Position numbers and translations under genes: made by a program
Part shown: positions 13,101 to 24,654 of the stretch, in pieces
Layout: each line of letters starts with the position of its first letter
How positions within the stretch are numbered: the stretch's first letter is position 1
The notes under the pieces: generated by a model
Told to the model about the DNA's origin: nothing
The model's database searches: none
Seen by the model: only the letters and a program-made list of their open reading frames with translations
Assembly (NCBI RefSeq): GCF_006345805.1
Contig: NW_021833782.1
Span: 1-55,820 of the forward strand
Direction of reading: 5' to 3'
DNA: 55,820 nucleotides
From: Octopus sinensis
Lineage: Eukaryota

Positions 13101-13401
13101 CGTCTGTGTTCTATGGTAAGGAATATGTTAAACTAAGTAGTGTTCACCTTGAATATTTTCATTCACTTTGGCTCAACATTTCTTTGAAATTCCAAGATGC
13201 ACCGAATTCTTGTTCCAAGAAAGGAAACTCTTGAAATATTTTTCAGAGCAATAAAAATAATAATAATAATAATCCTCTCTACTAAAAGCACAAGGACTGA
13301 AATTTGTGGGGAGGGGGCTAGTTGATTACATCGACCCCAGTATTTCACTGGTACTTAATTCATCGATCCCGAAAGGATGAAAGGCAAAGTTGACCTCGGC
13401 A

Positions 13402-13444
<43 letters not shown>

Positions 13445-13593
13445 ATCACCATGTCGCGCACATATGGTTGTGATGCATGTTCCTGGTGTACCCTTATCAG
13501 ACGGGTAGTCATGATGGGTATACTGGGCTTCATATATTTTACCGCAGTGTCACTTTGATGGCATGCACTGCTCTCTAACTCAATAATAATAAT

Positions 13594-13624
<31 letters not shown>

Positions 13625-13650
13625 GTAATAATAACAACAACAACAACAAT

Positions 13651-14190
13651 CACTCCCCTGGAATTTCACCATTCAAACTGACAGAAAGATAAATGTGAAT
13701 AGGCCGGACATTATATTGAAAGACTTCAGACAAAAATTATGCTTCCTTATTGATATGACTGTCCAACCGATATAAACATATCTGTCAAGACCTACCAAAA
13801 ACTCAGCAAGTATAAAGATCTTGAAATAGAAATTAGCAAAATGTGGAAACTGTAGACTAAAACAATACCTGTTGTCATAGGTGCCCTAGGAATGATAGCA
13901 AAAGGGGCGGGTTGCTACCTAGCTCAGATACCAGGAAACCCCAAAATGGCAGAAATTTAAAAGATAGTGCTCATGGGAACTACCCATAGCCTATGTAAAA
14001 TACTGACTGTGTAATCTCAAATATATAATTTTTTTAAAACATTCTCTAGAACAATACAATGTACAAAACCAAATATATGGCACCCAAGGCATAACACCAA
14101 CATGAACTTCTAACTTGTTGTCTCTTGAGGTCTCTGGGTGAGACTGGGAGCCAACTTACACAAATGCAAAGCGAAAGTCAAACATAAAAT
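13651..14190 (+). mobile_element. 3' fragment of an R4/Dong-type RLE non-LTR retrotransposon in a (TAA)n tract
   Basis: Reads WNFTIQTDRKINVNRPDIILKDFRQKLCFLIDMTV/DINISVKTYQKLSKYKDLEIEISKMWKL*TKTIPVVIGALG..., then a 3' UTR ending aaacataaaat(aat)n. (taa/caa)n lies upstream. Confidence 0.85.
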
Positions 14191-14204
14191 AATAATAATA
14201 ATAA

Positions 14205-14737
14205 GTGGCTCTCATGGCTTCTGATCTTAACTGATTGGAAGTGTTATCATGTACATTGTTTTGTCTTGGGATAAAAGATGGGCTACAGCAAATATTCTGC
14301 TCAATACCACAGATTTGCTTGTCAGTTGTTTGACCTTAACCAGTTGAGCATGTCCCTTAGTGGCTGACGATAGGTGCATCTCTGATCACGAACAGAAGTA
14401 GTGGGGAAGCATCATAGCCATGTGTTGAGAGGGATTCTTTGGGGTTTGAATAATTCACCTCTGGAAACATGGGTGGTTCTTTCAACATCCTTAAACGACC
14501 CTTCTTCAGGGACCTTTTGAGCGGGATGGGCTACTCAACCTGAAGAAAATTCTAACTGGGCCCCACCTACAAGGTCATGTGCTGTTTATCTTGATATGAG
14601 ATCACCATGTCGCGCACATATGGTTGTGATGCATGTGCCTGGTGTACCCTTATCAGACGGGTAGTCATGATGGGTATACTGGGCTTCGTATATTTTACCC
14701 CAGTGTCACTTTGATGGCATGCACTGCTCTCTCACTC

Positions 14738-14750
<13 letters not shown>
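14205..14750 (+). mobile_element. Unclassified ~550 bp interspersed element embedded in (TAA)n
   Basis: Its 3' ~140 bp recur at 13441-13580 (same strand) and partly at ~11555-11625 (opposite strand), always abutting (taa)n. Confidence 0.6.
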
Positions 14751-14772
<22 letters not shown>

Positions 14773-15159
14773 GAAACATTATTATTTCTAAATTTCTCAA
14801 AGATTGGTATTCAGTAACAGTTCTTTAAAGTAAAGGCTGTTTGCCAACATAATGTGGTTGTCCTGGATGGGACAAATGTTATTGTTGTTTAGCCCCGGGA
14901 AACATCATTTCCAGCTGGTTGTACAACACAACATCTGTGTCCTTTTATTTTCGAACAGGGTGTCCAGCACCCCCATCCAGCACAAAGCAACATCTGTGGA
15001 CTGGTTTCTGGGTTATTTGTTCTTTATCAGCACATTTTTCCCAGTGTGCTAATGATTCTGTCAGGTTGCCGCCTTGATAATAATGATGATAATGATGATG
15101 ATGTCTTTTACTAAGACAGAGATAAATCGATACATTAGAATTGAATGATATAAACAAAC

Positions 15160-15545
15160 CCGCAGGAGTGGCTGTGTGGTAAGTAGCTTGCTAACCAACT
15201 ACATGGTTCTGGGTTCAGTCCCACTGCGTGACATCTTGGGCAAGTGTCTTCTGCTATAGCCTCGGGCCGACCAAAGCCTTGTGAGTGGATTTGGTAGGCG
15301 GAAACTGAAAGAAGCCCGTCGTATATATGTATATGCGTGTGTGTGTCTGTGTTTGTCCCCCTAGCATTGCTTGACAACCGATGCTGGTGTGTTTGTGTCC
15401 CCGTTGCCTAGCGGTTCGGCAAAAGAGACCGATAGAATAAGTACTCGGCTTACAAAAGAATAAGTCCCGGGGTCGAGTTGGTCGATTAAAGGCGGTGCTC
15501 CAGCATGGCCACAATCAAATGACTGAAACATATAAAAGAGAGAAA
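15160..15545 (+). mobile_element. SINE-A
   Basis: Full-length family copy. Confidence 0.85.
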
Positions 15546-15584
15546 AGAGAGAAACCAAGTTTACATATAAGCAAAGGCATGGCT

Positions 15585-15764
15585 GTGTGGTAAGAAGCTT
15601 TTTTCCCAACCACATGGTTCCAGGTTCAGTCCCACTGTCTGGTATCTGGTACCCTGACCAAGTGTCTTCTGCTATAGCCTTAGGCCAATGAAGGCCTTGT
15701 GAGTGGATTTGTTAGACGGAAACTGAAAGAAGCCTGCTGTTTATGTGTGTGCGCGTGCATGTGT

Positions 15765-15796
<32 letters not shown>

Positions 15797-16150
15797 TTTG
15801 TGACTGTGTTTCTCCTCTCCCACCACTGCTTCACAACCGATGTTGGTGTATTTACCAGGGCTGTGGAATCGAAGCAAAAACTTAGACTCCGACTCCTCTA
15901 TGTAATTAAGTGATTGTGGTCTATTTTACCGACTCCAGCTACCCCTTAATTGCTTCTGACTCTGACTCCACAACTCCGACTCGACAGCCCTAGTATTTAC
16001 ATCTCCATAACTTGATGGTTCAGCAAAAGAGACTGATAGAATAAGTACCAGGCTTAAAAAATAATAATCACTGGAGTCGAAACATTCAACTAAAAACTCT
16101 TCAAGGCATTGCCCCAGCATGGCCATAGGCTTATGACTGAAACAAGTAAA
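15585..16150 (+). mobile_element. Older SINE-A copy interrupted by a hAT-like MITE
   Basis: Diverged head and tail flank the insert at 15856-15992. Confidence 0.75.
15856..15992. mobile_element. hAT-type MITE (137 bp)
   Basis: TIR cagggctgtgga.../...cgacagcccta, exact 8 bp TSD gtatttac (15848-15855 and 15993-16000), internal gactcc repeats. Confidence 0.8.
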
Positions 16151-16184
16151 AGTTGAAAGATAAAAGTGATACATTCATCATCAT

Positions 16185-16700
16185 CGCTTAATGTCCACCT
16201 TCCATGCTGGCATGGGTGGGATGGAGTGACAGGAGCCAGCCAGACAGAAGCCTGCACCAAACTTCTGCAACAGTTTTGGCAGGATTTTTACAGCTGGATG
16301 CCCTTCCTAACATCAACCACTCAGTAGAGTGGACTTAGTACTTTTTATGTGGCACAAGCACAGGTGAAGTCAGTTTTGGCAAGGTTTTTACAGCTGGATG
16401 CCCTTCCTAACACCAACCACCGCACAGAGTGGACTGGGTGCTTTTTACATGGCACAAGCACAGGCGAGGTCACTTTTGGCGAGGTTTCTACAGCTGGATG
16501 CCCTTCCTAACACCAACTACTTTACAGTGTAGACTGGGTGCTTTTTATATGTCACAAGCACAATTGAGGTCAGGTTTGGCAAGGTTTTTATAGCTGGATG
16601 CCCTTCCAAATGCCAACCACTTTACAGTGTGGAATGGATGCTTTTTTAAGTGGCACCTGCACTGACAGGGTCACCAAGTACCTTGCAAGACAATAAAAAA
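16185..16700 (-). mobile_element. SINE-C module with four ~100 bp internal tandem repeats
   Basis: ggcaaggtttttacagctggatgcccttcctaac recurs at ~16277, 16377, 16477 and 16577. The (cat)n-ttaatgtccaccttccatgctggcatggg tail is at the left end. Confidence 0.75.
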
Positions 16701-17052
16701 CCTCTTTTGAGAGGGGACGGGGCATTGGAGGAGGTGATCTTATGCCAGATGATGAAAGGTTATAGTAAGACAGAGAGAGACAGAAACAGGTATCTTGCTG
16801 TAGAGGAGGTACAAGGTTACCTGGCTGGAGACAGAGAGAGAGAGAGAAGGGGATCAGGAATGAGGACAGAAACAGGTGCACTGGCGCAAAGTAAATACAT
16901 GGTTACCCAACCTGAGGAAAGTACAGGAGAAGGACAGGGAGAGAGTGGGAGACAGGAGGATAGAGATGGTGGCAAAGCACTGAGAATATTCAAAGGGGAC
17001 AGGGATCAGAATATAAATGGGATTGTTGAGTATTAACAAAAGATATATATAT

Positions 17053-17226
17053 ATAGGCGCAGGAGTGGCTGTGTGGTAAGTAGCTTGCTAACCAAACACA
17101 TGGTTCCGGGTTTTGTCCCACTGCGTGGCATCTTGGGCAAGTGTCTGCTGCTATAGCCCCGGGCCGACCAATGCCTTGTGAGTGGATTTGGTAGACGGAA
17201 ACTGAAAGAAGCCTGTTGTATATATG

Positions 17227-17257
<31 letters not shown>

Positions 17258-17482
17258 ATGTGTTTGTGTGTCTGTGTTTGTCTCCCTAGCATTGCTTGAC
17301 AACCGATGCTGGTGTGTTTACGTCCCCGTCACTTAGCGGTTCAGCTTAAGAGACCAATAGAATAAGTACTGGGCTTACAAAGAATAAGTCCCGGGGGTCG
17401 ATTTGCTCAACTAAAGGCGGTGCTCCAGCATGGCCACAGTCAAATGACTGAAACAAGTAAAAGAGTAAAAGAGAGTAAAGAG
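17053..17482 (+). mobile_element. SINE-A
   Basis: Full-length family copy. Confidence 0.85.
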
Positions 17483-17717
17483 TATACATGGTGTATGTCG
17501 ATAAAAGGAAACAAATGAAGATAATGTTGATGTAAAAGAAACCCTAGAATCGGTCATGGAACCTCACCATTGAAGATTTGCCTGAATCCCAAGAGCAAGG
17601 GTTCTCTTCAGTTCTGTTTTTGCAACTTGCAGGTCTATACTTAGAGCAGTGCCATCCATTCTTGCCATTTTAATAATAATAATAGCACCACTACAACTAG
17701 TAGCCTCGCTATAATTA

Positions 17718-17945
17718 GGCGAGCTGGCAGAATCGTTAGCACGCCGGGCGAAATGCGTAGCCGTATAACGTCTGCCGTTACGTTCTGCGTTCAAATTCTG
17801 CCAAGGTCAACTTTGCCTTTCATCCTTCCGGGGTCGATAAATAAAGTACCGGTTACGCACTGGGGTCGATGTAATCGAATTAATCCCTTTGTCTGTCTTT
17901 GTTTGTCCCCTCTATGTTTAGCCCCTTGTGGGCAATAAAGAAATA
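17718..17945 (+). mobile_element. SINE-B with tail type 2 (Tx1-like)
   Basis: Head ggcgagctggcagaatcgttagc, B box-like gttcaaattc, central gactttgcctttcatccttccggggtcgataa domain (Meta/MESC-like by resemblance), tail gtcccctctatgtttagccccttgtgggcaataaagaaat. Confidence 0.85.
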
Positions 17946-17959
17946 TATAATTAAATTGT

Positions 17960-18280
17960 TGTCATCATCATCATCACCACTACCACCACCACCACCACCA
18001 CCACCACCACCACCACCATCATCACCACTATCTTCATCATCACCACCACCACCAGCACCACCACCACCACCATCATCACCACTATCTTCATCACCACCAC
18101 CACCACCACCACCATCATCACCACTATCTTCATCACCACCACCACCACCACCACCACCACCACCACCATCATCACCACTATCTTCATCATCATCACCACC
18201 ACCACCACCACCATCATCACCACCACCATCATCATCATCATCATAATCCTCATGTTCATCATCATCATCATCATCATCGG
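17960..18280. repeat. (CAC/CAT)n microsatellite
   Basis: Direct inspection. Confidence 0.9.
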
Positions 18281-18552
18281 CATCATGAAGATGGAATTAC
18301 AGGCCAACTGATAGAAGAAATAAGACTGCTTACAGAACTTATTAAAGATTTATATTTCATCGTCGGAAAAGAAAATCTCAAGGAAAAAAAAAAGACAAAA
18401 CATACGTGGTGGGGGGAGGGGTATAAACGCGTGTTTGTGAAAGACAGAGAGAGAGAGAGAGAGAGAGATAATGTGTGTGTGTGTGTGTTTTGAGAGAAGA
18501 AGAAAGAGATACATAGCAAGTGCATGTACAAAATAGATTACGTGTGCATGGG

Positions 18553-18722
18553 AGATGATGATGGTTATGATGATGATGATGGTTATGATGGTTATGATGA
18601 TGATGATGATGATGGTTATGATGGTTATGATGATGATGATGATGATGGTTATGATGATGGTTATGATGATGATGATGATGATGATGGTTATGATGATGAT
18701 GATGATGATGATGATGATGGTT

Positions 18723-18761
<39 letters not shown>

Positions 18762-18875
18762 GTGACGATGATGATGATGATGATGATGATGGTTATGATG
18801 ATGGTTATGATGATGATGATGATGATGATGATGGTGATGGTTATGATGATGATGATGATGATGATGGTGATGGTT

Positions 18876-18907
<32 letters not shown>

Positions 18908-19052
18908 GATGATGGTGACGATGATGATGATGATGATGATGATGGTTATGATGATGGTTATGATGATGATGATGATGATGATGATGGTGATGGTTATGAT
19001 GATGATGGTGACGATGATGATGATGATGATGATGATGGTTATGATGATGATG

Positions 19053-19084
<32 letters not shown>

Positions 19085-19172
19085 GATGATGATGGTGGTG
19101 ATGATGATGATGATGATGATGATGGTGGTGATGATGATGATGATGGTTATGATGATGATGATGATGACGGTT

Positions 19173-19211
<39 letters not shown>

Positions 19212-19400
19212 GTTATGATGATGATGATGATGATGGTGGTGATGATGATGATGATGGTTATGATGATGATGATGATGACGGTTATGATGATGATGATGAT
19301 GATGGTTATGATGATGATGATGATGATGGTGGTGATGATGATGATGATGGTTATGATGATGATGATGATGACGGTTATGATGATGATGATGATGATGGTT

Positions 19401-19439
<39 letters not shown>

Positions 19440-19648
19440 GTTATGATGATGATGATGATGATGGTGGTGATGATTATGATGAGGTTATGATGATGATATG
19501 ATGAATTATGATGATTTATGATGGATGACGGTTATGATGATGATGATGATGATGGTTATGATGATGATGGATGATGGTGGTGATGATGATGATGATGGTT
19601 ATGATGATGATGATGATGACGGTTATGATGATGATGATGATGATGGTT

Positions 19649-19687
<39 letters not shown>

Positions 19688-19712
19688 GTTATGATGATGA
19701 TGATGATGACCG

Positions 19713-19744
<32 letters not shown>

Positions 19745-19807
19745 GTGATGATGGTGATGATGATGATGATGATGATGACGGTTATGATGATGATGATGAT
19801 GATGGTT

Positions 19808-19846
<39 letters not shown>

Positions 19847-19871
19847 GTTATGATGATGATGATGATGACCG

Positions 19872-19907
<36 letters not shown>

Positions 19908-19916
19908 GTTACGGTG
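18553..19916. repeat. (GAT)n array punctuated by GGTTAT/GGT/GAC variants (~1.36 kb)
   Basis: Direct inspection; produces the poly-Asp/Met ORFs. Confidence 0.95.
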
Positions 19917-20044
19917 ATGGAATGTAAGTCTGTGACTTACAGAAAAAAAAACGAGATGGTTAAACTACCACATATATGTGTGTCCGTGTGTCTATATATG
20001 TAATATGTCTGTTTGTCTATCTACACACCTACCTACCTGTCTGA

Positions 20045-21900
20045 CCATCCATCCATCTATCTGCTTACCCATCCGTTCATCTTGTCCAACTATCCTTCCG
20101 TCTGTCCATCTGTCTTTTAATCCTTCCGTCTGATCATCTGTCCTTTCATTCATCCATCCATCTGTCCATCCTTCCATAGCTGTCCATCTGTCCTTCTGTC
20201 CATCCATCCGTCCTTCCATCCATCTGTCCTTCTGTCCATCCATCCGTCCTTCCATCCATCCATCCATCCGTCCTTCCATCCATCCATCTGTCCATCCATC
20301 CGTCCTTCCATCCATCCATCTGTCCATCCATCCGTCCTTCCATCCATCCATCCATCTGTCCATCCTTCCGTCCGTCCGTCCTTCCATCCATCCATCCATC
20401 TGTCCTTCCATCCATCCATCTGTCCATCCATCCGTCCTTCCATCCATCCATCCATCTGTCCATCCTTCCGTCCGTCCGTCCTTCCATCCATCCATCCATC
20501 TGTCCTTCCATCCATCCATCTGTCCATCCATCCGTCCTTCCATCCATCCATCTGTCCTTCCATCCATCCATCTGTCCATCCATCCGTCCTTCCATCCATC
20601 CATCCATCTGTCCATCCTTCCGTCCGTCCGTCTTTCCATCCATCCATCCGTCCTTCCATCCATCCATCTATCCATCCATCTGTCCATCCATCCGTCCTTC
20701 CATCCATCCATCCATCTGTCCATCCTTCCGTCCGTCCGTCCTTCCATCCATCCATCCGTCCTTCCATCCATCCATCTGTCCATCCATCCATCCTTCCATC
20801 CATCCATCCATCTGTCCTTCCATCCATCCATCCGTCCTTCCATCCATCCATCTGTCCATCCATCCGTCCTTCCATCCATCCATCCATCTGTCCATCCTTC
20901 CGTCCGTCCGTCCTTCCATCCATCCATCCGTCCTTCCATCCATCCATCTGTCCATCCATCCATCCATCCATCCATCCATCCATCCATCCATCCATCCATC
21001 CATCCGTCCTTCCATCCATCCATCCATCTGTCCTTCCATCCATCCATCTGTCCTTCCATCCATCCTTCCATCCATCCATCCATCCGTCCTTCCATCCATC
21101 CATCTGTCCATCCATCCATCCTTCCATCCATCCATCCATCTGTCCTTCCATCCATCCATCCGTCCTTCCATCCATCCATCTGTCCATCCATCCATCCTTC
21201 CATCCATCCATCCATCTGTCCTTCCATCCATCCATCCGTCCTTCCATCCATCCATCTGTCCTTCCATCCATCCATCCGTCCTTCCATCCATCCATCCATC
21301 TGTCCTTCCATCCATCCATCTGTCCATCCATCCGTCCTTCCATCCATCCATCCATCTGTCCTTCCATCCATCCATCCGTCCTTCCATCCATCCATCTGTC
21401 CATCCATCCGTCCTTCCATCCATCCATCCATCTGTCCTTCCATCCATCCATCCGTCCTTCCATCCATCCATCCATCTGTCCATCCATCCGTCCTTCCATC
21501 CATCCATCCATCTGTCCATCCTTCCGTCCATCCGTCCTTCCATCCATCCATCCGTCCTTCCATCCATCCATCTGTCCATCCATCCGTCCTTCCATCCATC
21601 CATCTGTCCATCCTTCCGTCCGTCCTTCCTTCCATCCATCCATCCGGCCTTCCATCCATCCATCTGTCCATCCATCCGTCCTTCCATCCATCCATCCATC
21701 TGTCCATCCTTCCGTCCGTCCGTCCTTCCATCCATCCATCCGGCCTTCCATCCATCCATCTGTCCATCCATCCGTCCTTCCATCCATCCATCCATCTGTC
21801 TATCCTTCCGTCCGTCCGTCCTTCCATCAATCCATCCGGTCTTCCATCCATCCTTCCGTCTGTCCATCCTCTGTTATTCTCTCCTTCCGTCCGTCCATCC
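20045..21900. repeat. (CCAT)n-based satellite with CCGT/CTGT/CCTT higher-order variants (~1.85 kb)
   Basis: Direct inspection; produces the MDGW-repeat ORFs. Confidence 0.95.
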
Positions 21901-21929
21901 TCATTCATTCTGTCCATTCTTCTTATTTC

Positions 21930-22340
21930 TTTTACTGCCCACAAGGGGCTAAACACAGAGGGGACAAACAAGGACAGACATAGGTATTAAGTTGATTACA
22001 TCAACCCCAGTGCGTAACTGGTACTTAATTTATCGACCCTGAAAGGTTGAAAGGCAAAGTCAACCTCGACGGAATTTGAACTCAGAACATAAAGATGGAC
22101 GAAATACCTATTTCTTTATTACCCACAAGGGGCTAAACACAGAGGGGACAAACAAGGACAGACAAACGGATTAAGTCGATTATATCGGCCCCAGTGCATA
22201 ACTGGTACTTATTTAATCGACCCCGAAAGGATGAAAGGCAAAGTCGACCTCGGCGGAATTTGAACTCAGAACGTAGAGACGGACGATATACCGCTAAGCA
22301 TTTCACCCGGCGTGCTACCGTTTCTGCCAGCTCGCCCCAT
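21930..22340 (-). mobile_element. SINE-B dimer (tail type 2)
   Basis: Two tails (cccacaaggggctaaacacagaggggacaaacaaggac at ~21937 and ~22122) joined via gacgaaatacctatttcttt. Confidence 0.8.
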
Positions 22341-22404
22341 TTTCTTCCATTCTTCTGTCCATCCAGCTGTCTGATCATTCTTCCATCCATCCATGTACTC
22401 TTTA

Positions 22405-22832
22405 ATCTTTACTCTTTACTCTTTTACTTGTTTCAGTCATTTGACTGTGGCCATGCTGGAGCACCGCCTTTAGTCGAGCAAATCGACCCCGGGACTTATT
22501 CTTTGTAAGCCCAGTACTTATTCTATCGGTCTCTTTTGCCGAACCACTAAGTGATGGGGACGTGAACACACCAGTATTGGTTGTCAAGCAATGCTAGGGG
22601 GACAAACACAGACACACAAACACATACACACACACACATATATACATACATATATATACATATACACGACAGGCTTCTTTCAGTTTCCGTCTACCAAATC
22701 CACTCACAAGGCATTGGTCGGCCTGGGGCTATAGCAGAAGACACTTTGCCCAAGATGCCATGCAGTGGGACTGAACCCATAACCATGTGGTTGGTTAGCA
22801 AGCTACTTACCATACAGCCACTCCTGCGCCTA
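22405..22832 (-). mobile_element. SINE-A ending ~31 nt upstream of SMUG1 exon 2
   Basis: Full-length antisense copy; head ends ccactcctgcgcctat at 22832. Confidence 0.85.
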
Positions 22833-22863
22833 TACAAGATTCTTTTCTTAACATTTTCCCCAG

Positions 22864-22983
22864 GTACCATTTGGAGAATGTGATACTGTCCGGAATTGGT
22901 TGAAGATTGATGGTATCGTAGGGAAACCACAAAGAGAGCATCCAAAGCGTCCAGTCCTGGGACTGGAATGTCCGAGAAATGAA
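22864..22983 (+). CDS. SMUG1: SMUG1 coding exon 2 (40 codons)
   Basis: Acceptor ttttccccag ends at 22863 and donor GTACGT starts at 22984. Encodes [40 protein letters not shown], continuing GMAQNG|VPFGE and containing the SMUG1 [13 protein letters not shown] motif. Phase 0-0. Confidence 0.96.
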
Positions 22984-23022
22984 GTACGTATTTTAGAGAC
23001 ATTTTGTTTTTGTTTCCTTTTT

Positions 23023-23822
23023 AATGTTTTGTCATTCTTTCATTCCTCAATCATTATTCACCATTCATTCAATCAATCAATCTTCTCTTTCTTGTAATGT
23101 TTTGTCATTCTTTCATTCCTCAATCATTATTCATCATTCATTCAATCAATCAATCTTCTCTTTCTTGTAATGTTTTGTCATTCTTTCATTCCTCAATCAT
23201 TATTCACCATTCATTCAATCAATCAATCTTCTCTTTCTTGTAATGTTTTGTCATTCTTTCATTCCTCAATCATTATTCATCATTCATTCAATCAATCAAT
23301 CTTCTCTTTCTGTAATGTTTTGTCATTCTTTCATTCCTCATCATTATTCACCATTCATTCAATCAATCAATCTTCTCTTTCTTGTAATGTTTTGTCATTC
23401 TTTCATTCCTCAATCATTATTCACCATTCATTCAATCAATCAATCTTCTCTTTCTTGTAATGTTTTGTCATTCTTTCATTCCTCAATCATTATTCATCAT
23501 TCATTCAATCAATCAATCTTCTCTTTCTTGTAATGTTTTGTCATTCTTTCATTCCTCAATCATTATTCACCATTCATTCAATCAATCAATCTTCTCTTTC
23601 TTGTAATGTTTTGTCATTCTTTCATTCCTCAATCATTATTCATCATTCATTCAATCAATCAATCTTCTCTTTCTTGTAATGTTTTGTCATTCTTTCATTC
23701 CTCAATCATTATTCATCATTCATTCAATCAATCAATCTTCTCTTTCTTGTAATGTTTTGTCATTCTTTCATTCCTCAATCATTATTCACCATTCATTCAA
23801 TCAATCAATCTTCTCTTTCTTC
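23023..23822. repeat. 73 bp minisatellite, 11 copies
   Basis: Unit aatgttttgtcattctttcattcctcaatcattattcaccattcattcaatcaatcaatcttctctttcttgt starts at 23023, 23096, 23169, 23242, 23314, 23386, 23459, 23532, 23605, 23678 and 23751. Confidence 0.95.
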
Positions 23823-24030
23823 TTCTCCATCTTTTTTTCTTTTATTCTCTTTCGTTGATTTTAGTTGGACTATGGCCATGCTGGGGCACCTCCATCCAGG
23901 GTTTTCAGTCGAAACGTATTGACCCCAGGGCTCATTTCAGTTTGTAACTTATTTTGGTAATCCTTATTCATTAAGCCACTAAGGGGACATAAAGGGACTA
24001 AATATAAACAAGTTTTTATTTTATTTTATA

Positions 24031-24427
24031 CTAGCAGTATCGCCCGGCGTTGCTCGGGTTTGTAAGGGAGATAACAATATAAGCATTTTTAGAGAGTTAT
24101 AGCCAAAAAATAGCAAAAAATGCATTAAAAATAGAAAAAAATGATGGTAATTTTTTTTTTAAATCGTTGACTCATCGTACACATTTTTAGAGAGTTACTT
24201 CCCTTATATAATAGCGAAAAAAATGCATTAAAATGGAAAAAAATTATGGTAAATTTTTTTTTAAATCGTAGGCTCATCGTAGACGCGCACTAATACCCAG
24301 AAGGGCTCGATATGAATCACGAGTATAAGATACCCGCTTTTGGTTAAACTGCACCGCAAAATGTGGGAGTAGTTAGGAATCTAAATCGTAGGAGACAGAC
24401 ACACAACTTCACTTTTATATATAAAGA
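24031..24427 (-). mobile_element. Non-autonomous Helitron (397 bp)
   Basis: Minus strand starts A|TC and ends CTAG|T, with a subterminal hairpin cccg-agcaacgc-cggg. Confidence 0.8.
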
Positions 24428-24654
24428 TATATATATATATGTATGTATGTATGTATATTCACTGAAATATATATATATATGTATATATAAGGGCAGGCAT
24501 GGGTGTGTGGTAAGAAGCTTGTTTCCCAGCTAGAGGCTATAGTAGAAGACACTAGGCCCAAGATATCACACAGTTGGGTGGTCTCTGATCCATCTGTGAT
24601 GACAGTAGCTTGAAATGGGGGCTGATTAGGACTGTTACAGCACATTAAGCTAGT

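Noticed and set aside
18524-19927. Long poly-Asp / poly-Met ORFs (possible acidic biomineral-type protein)
   Set aside because: Pure (GAT)n microsatellite open in several frames by default, inside SMUG1 intron 1, with no signal peptide or splice support.
19992-21971. 659/545/399 aa MDGW-repeat ORFs
   Set aside because: Translation of the (GGAT)n satellite; all three frames give the same pattern.
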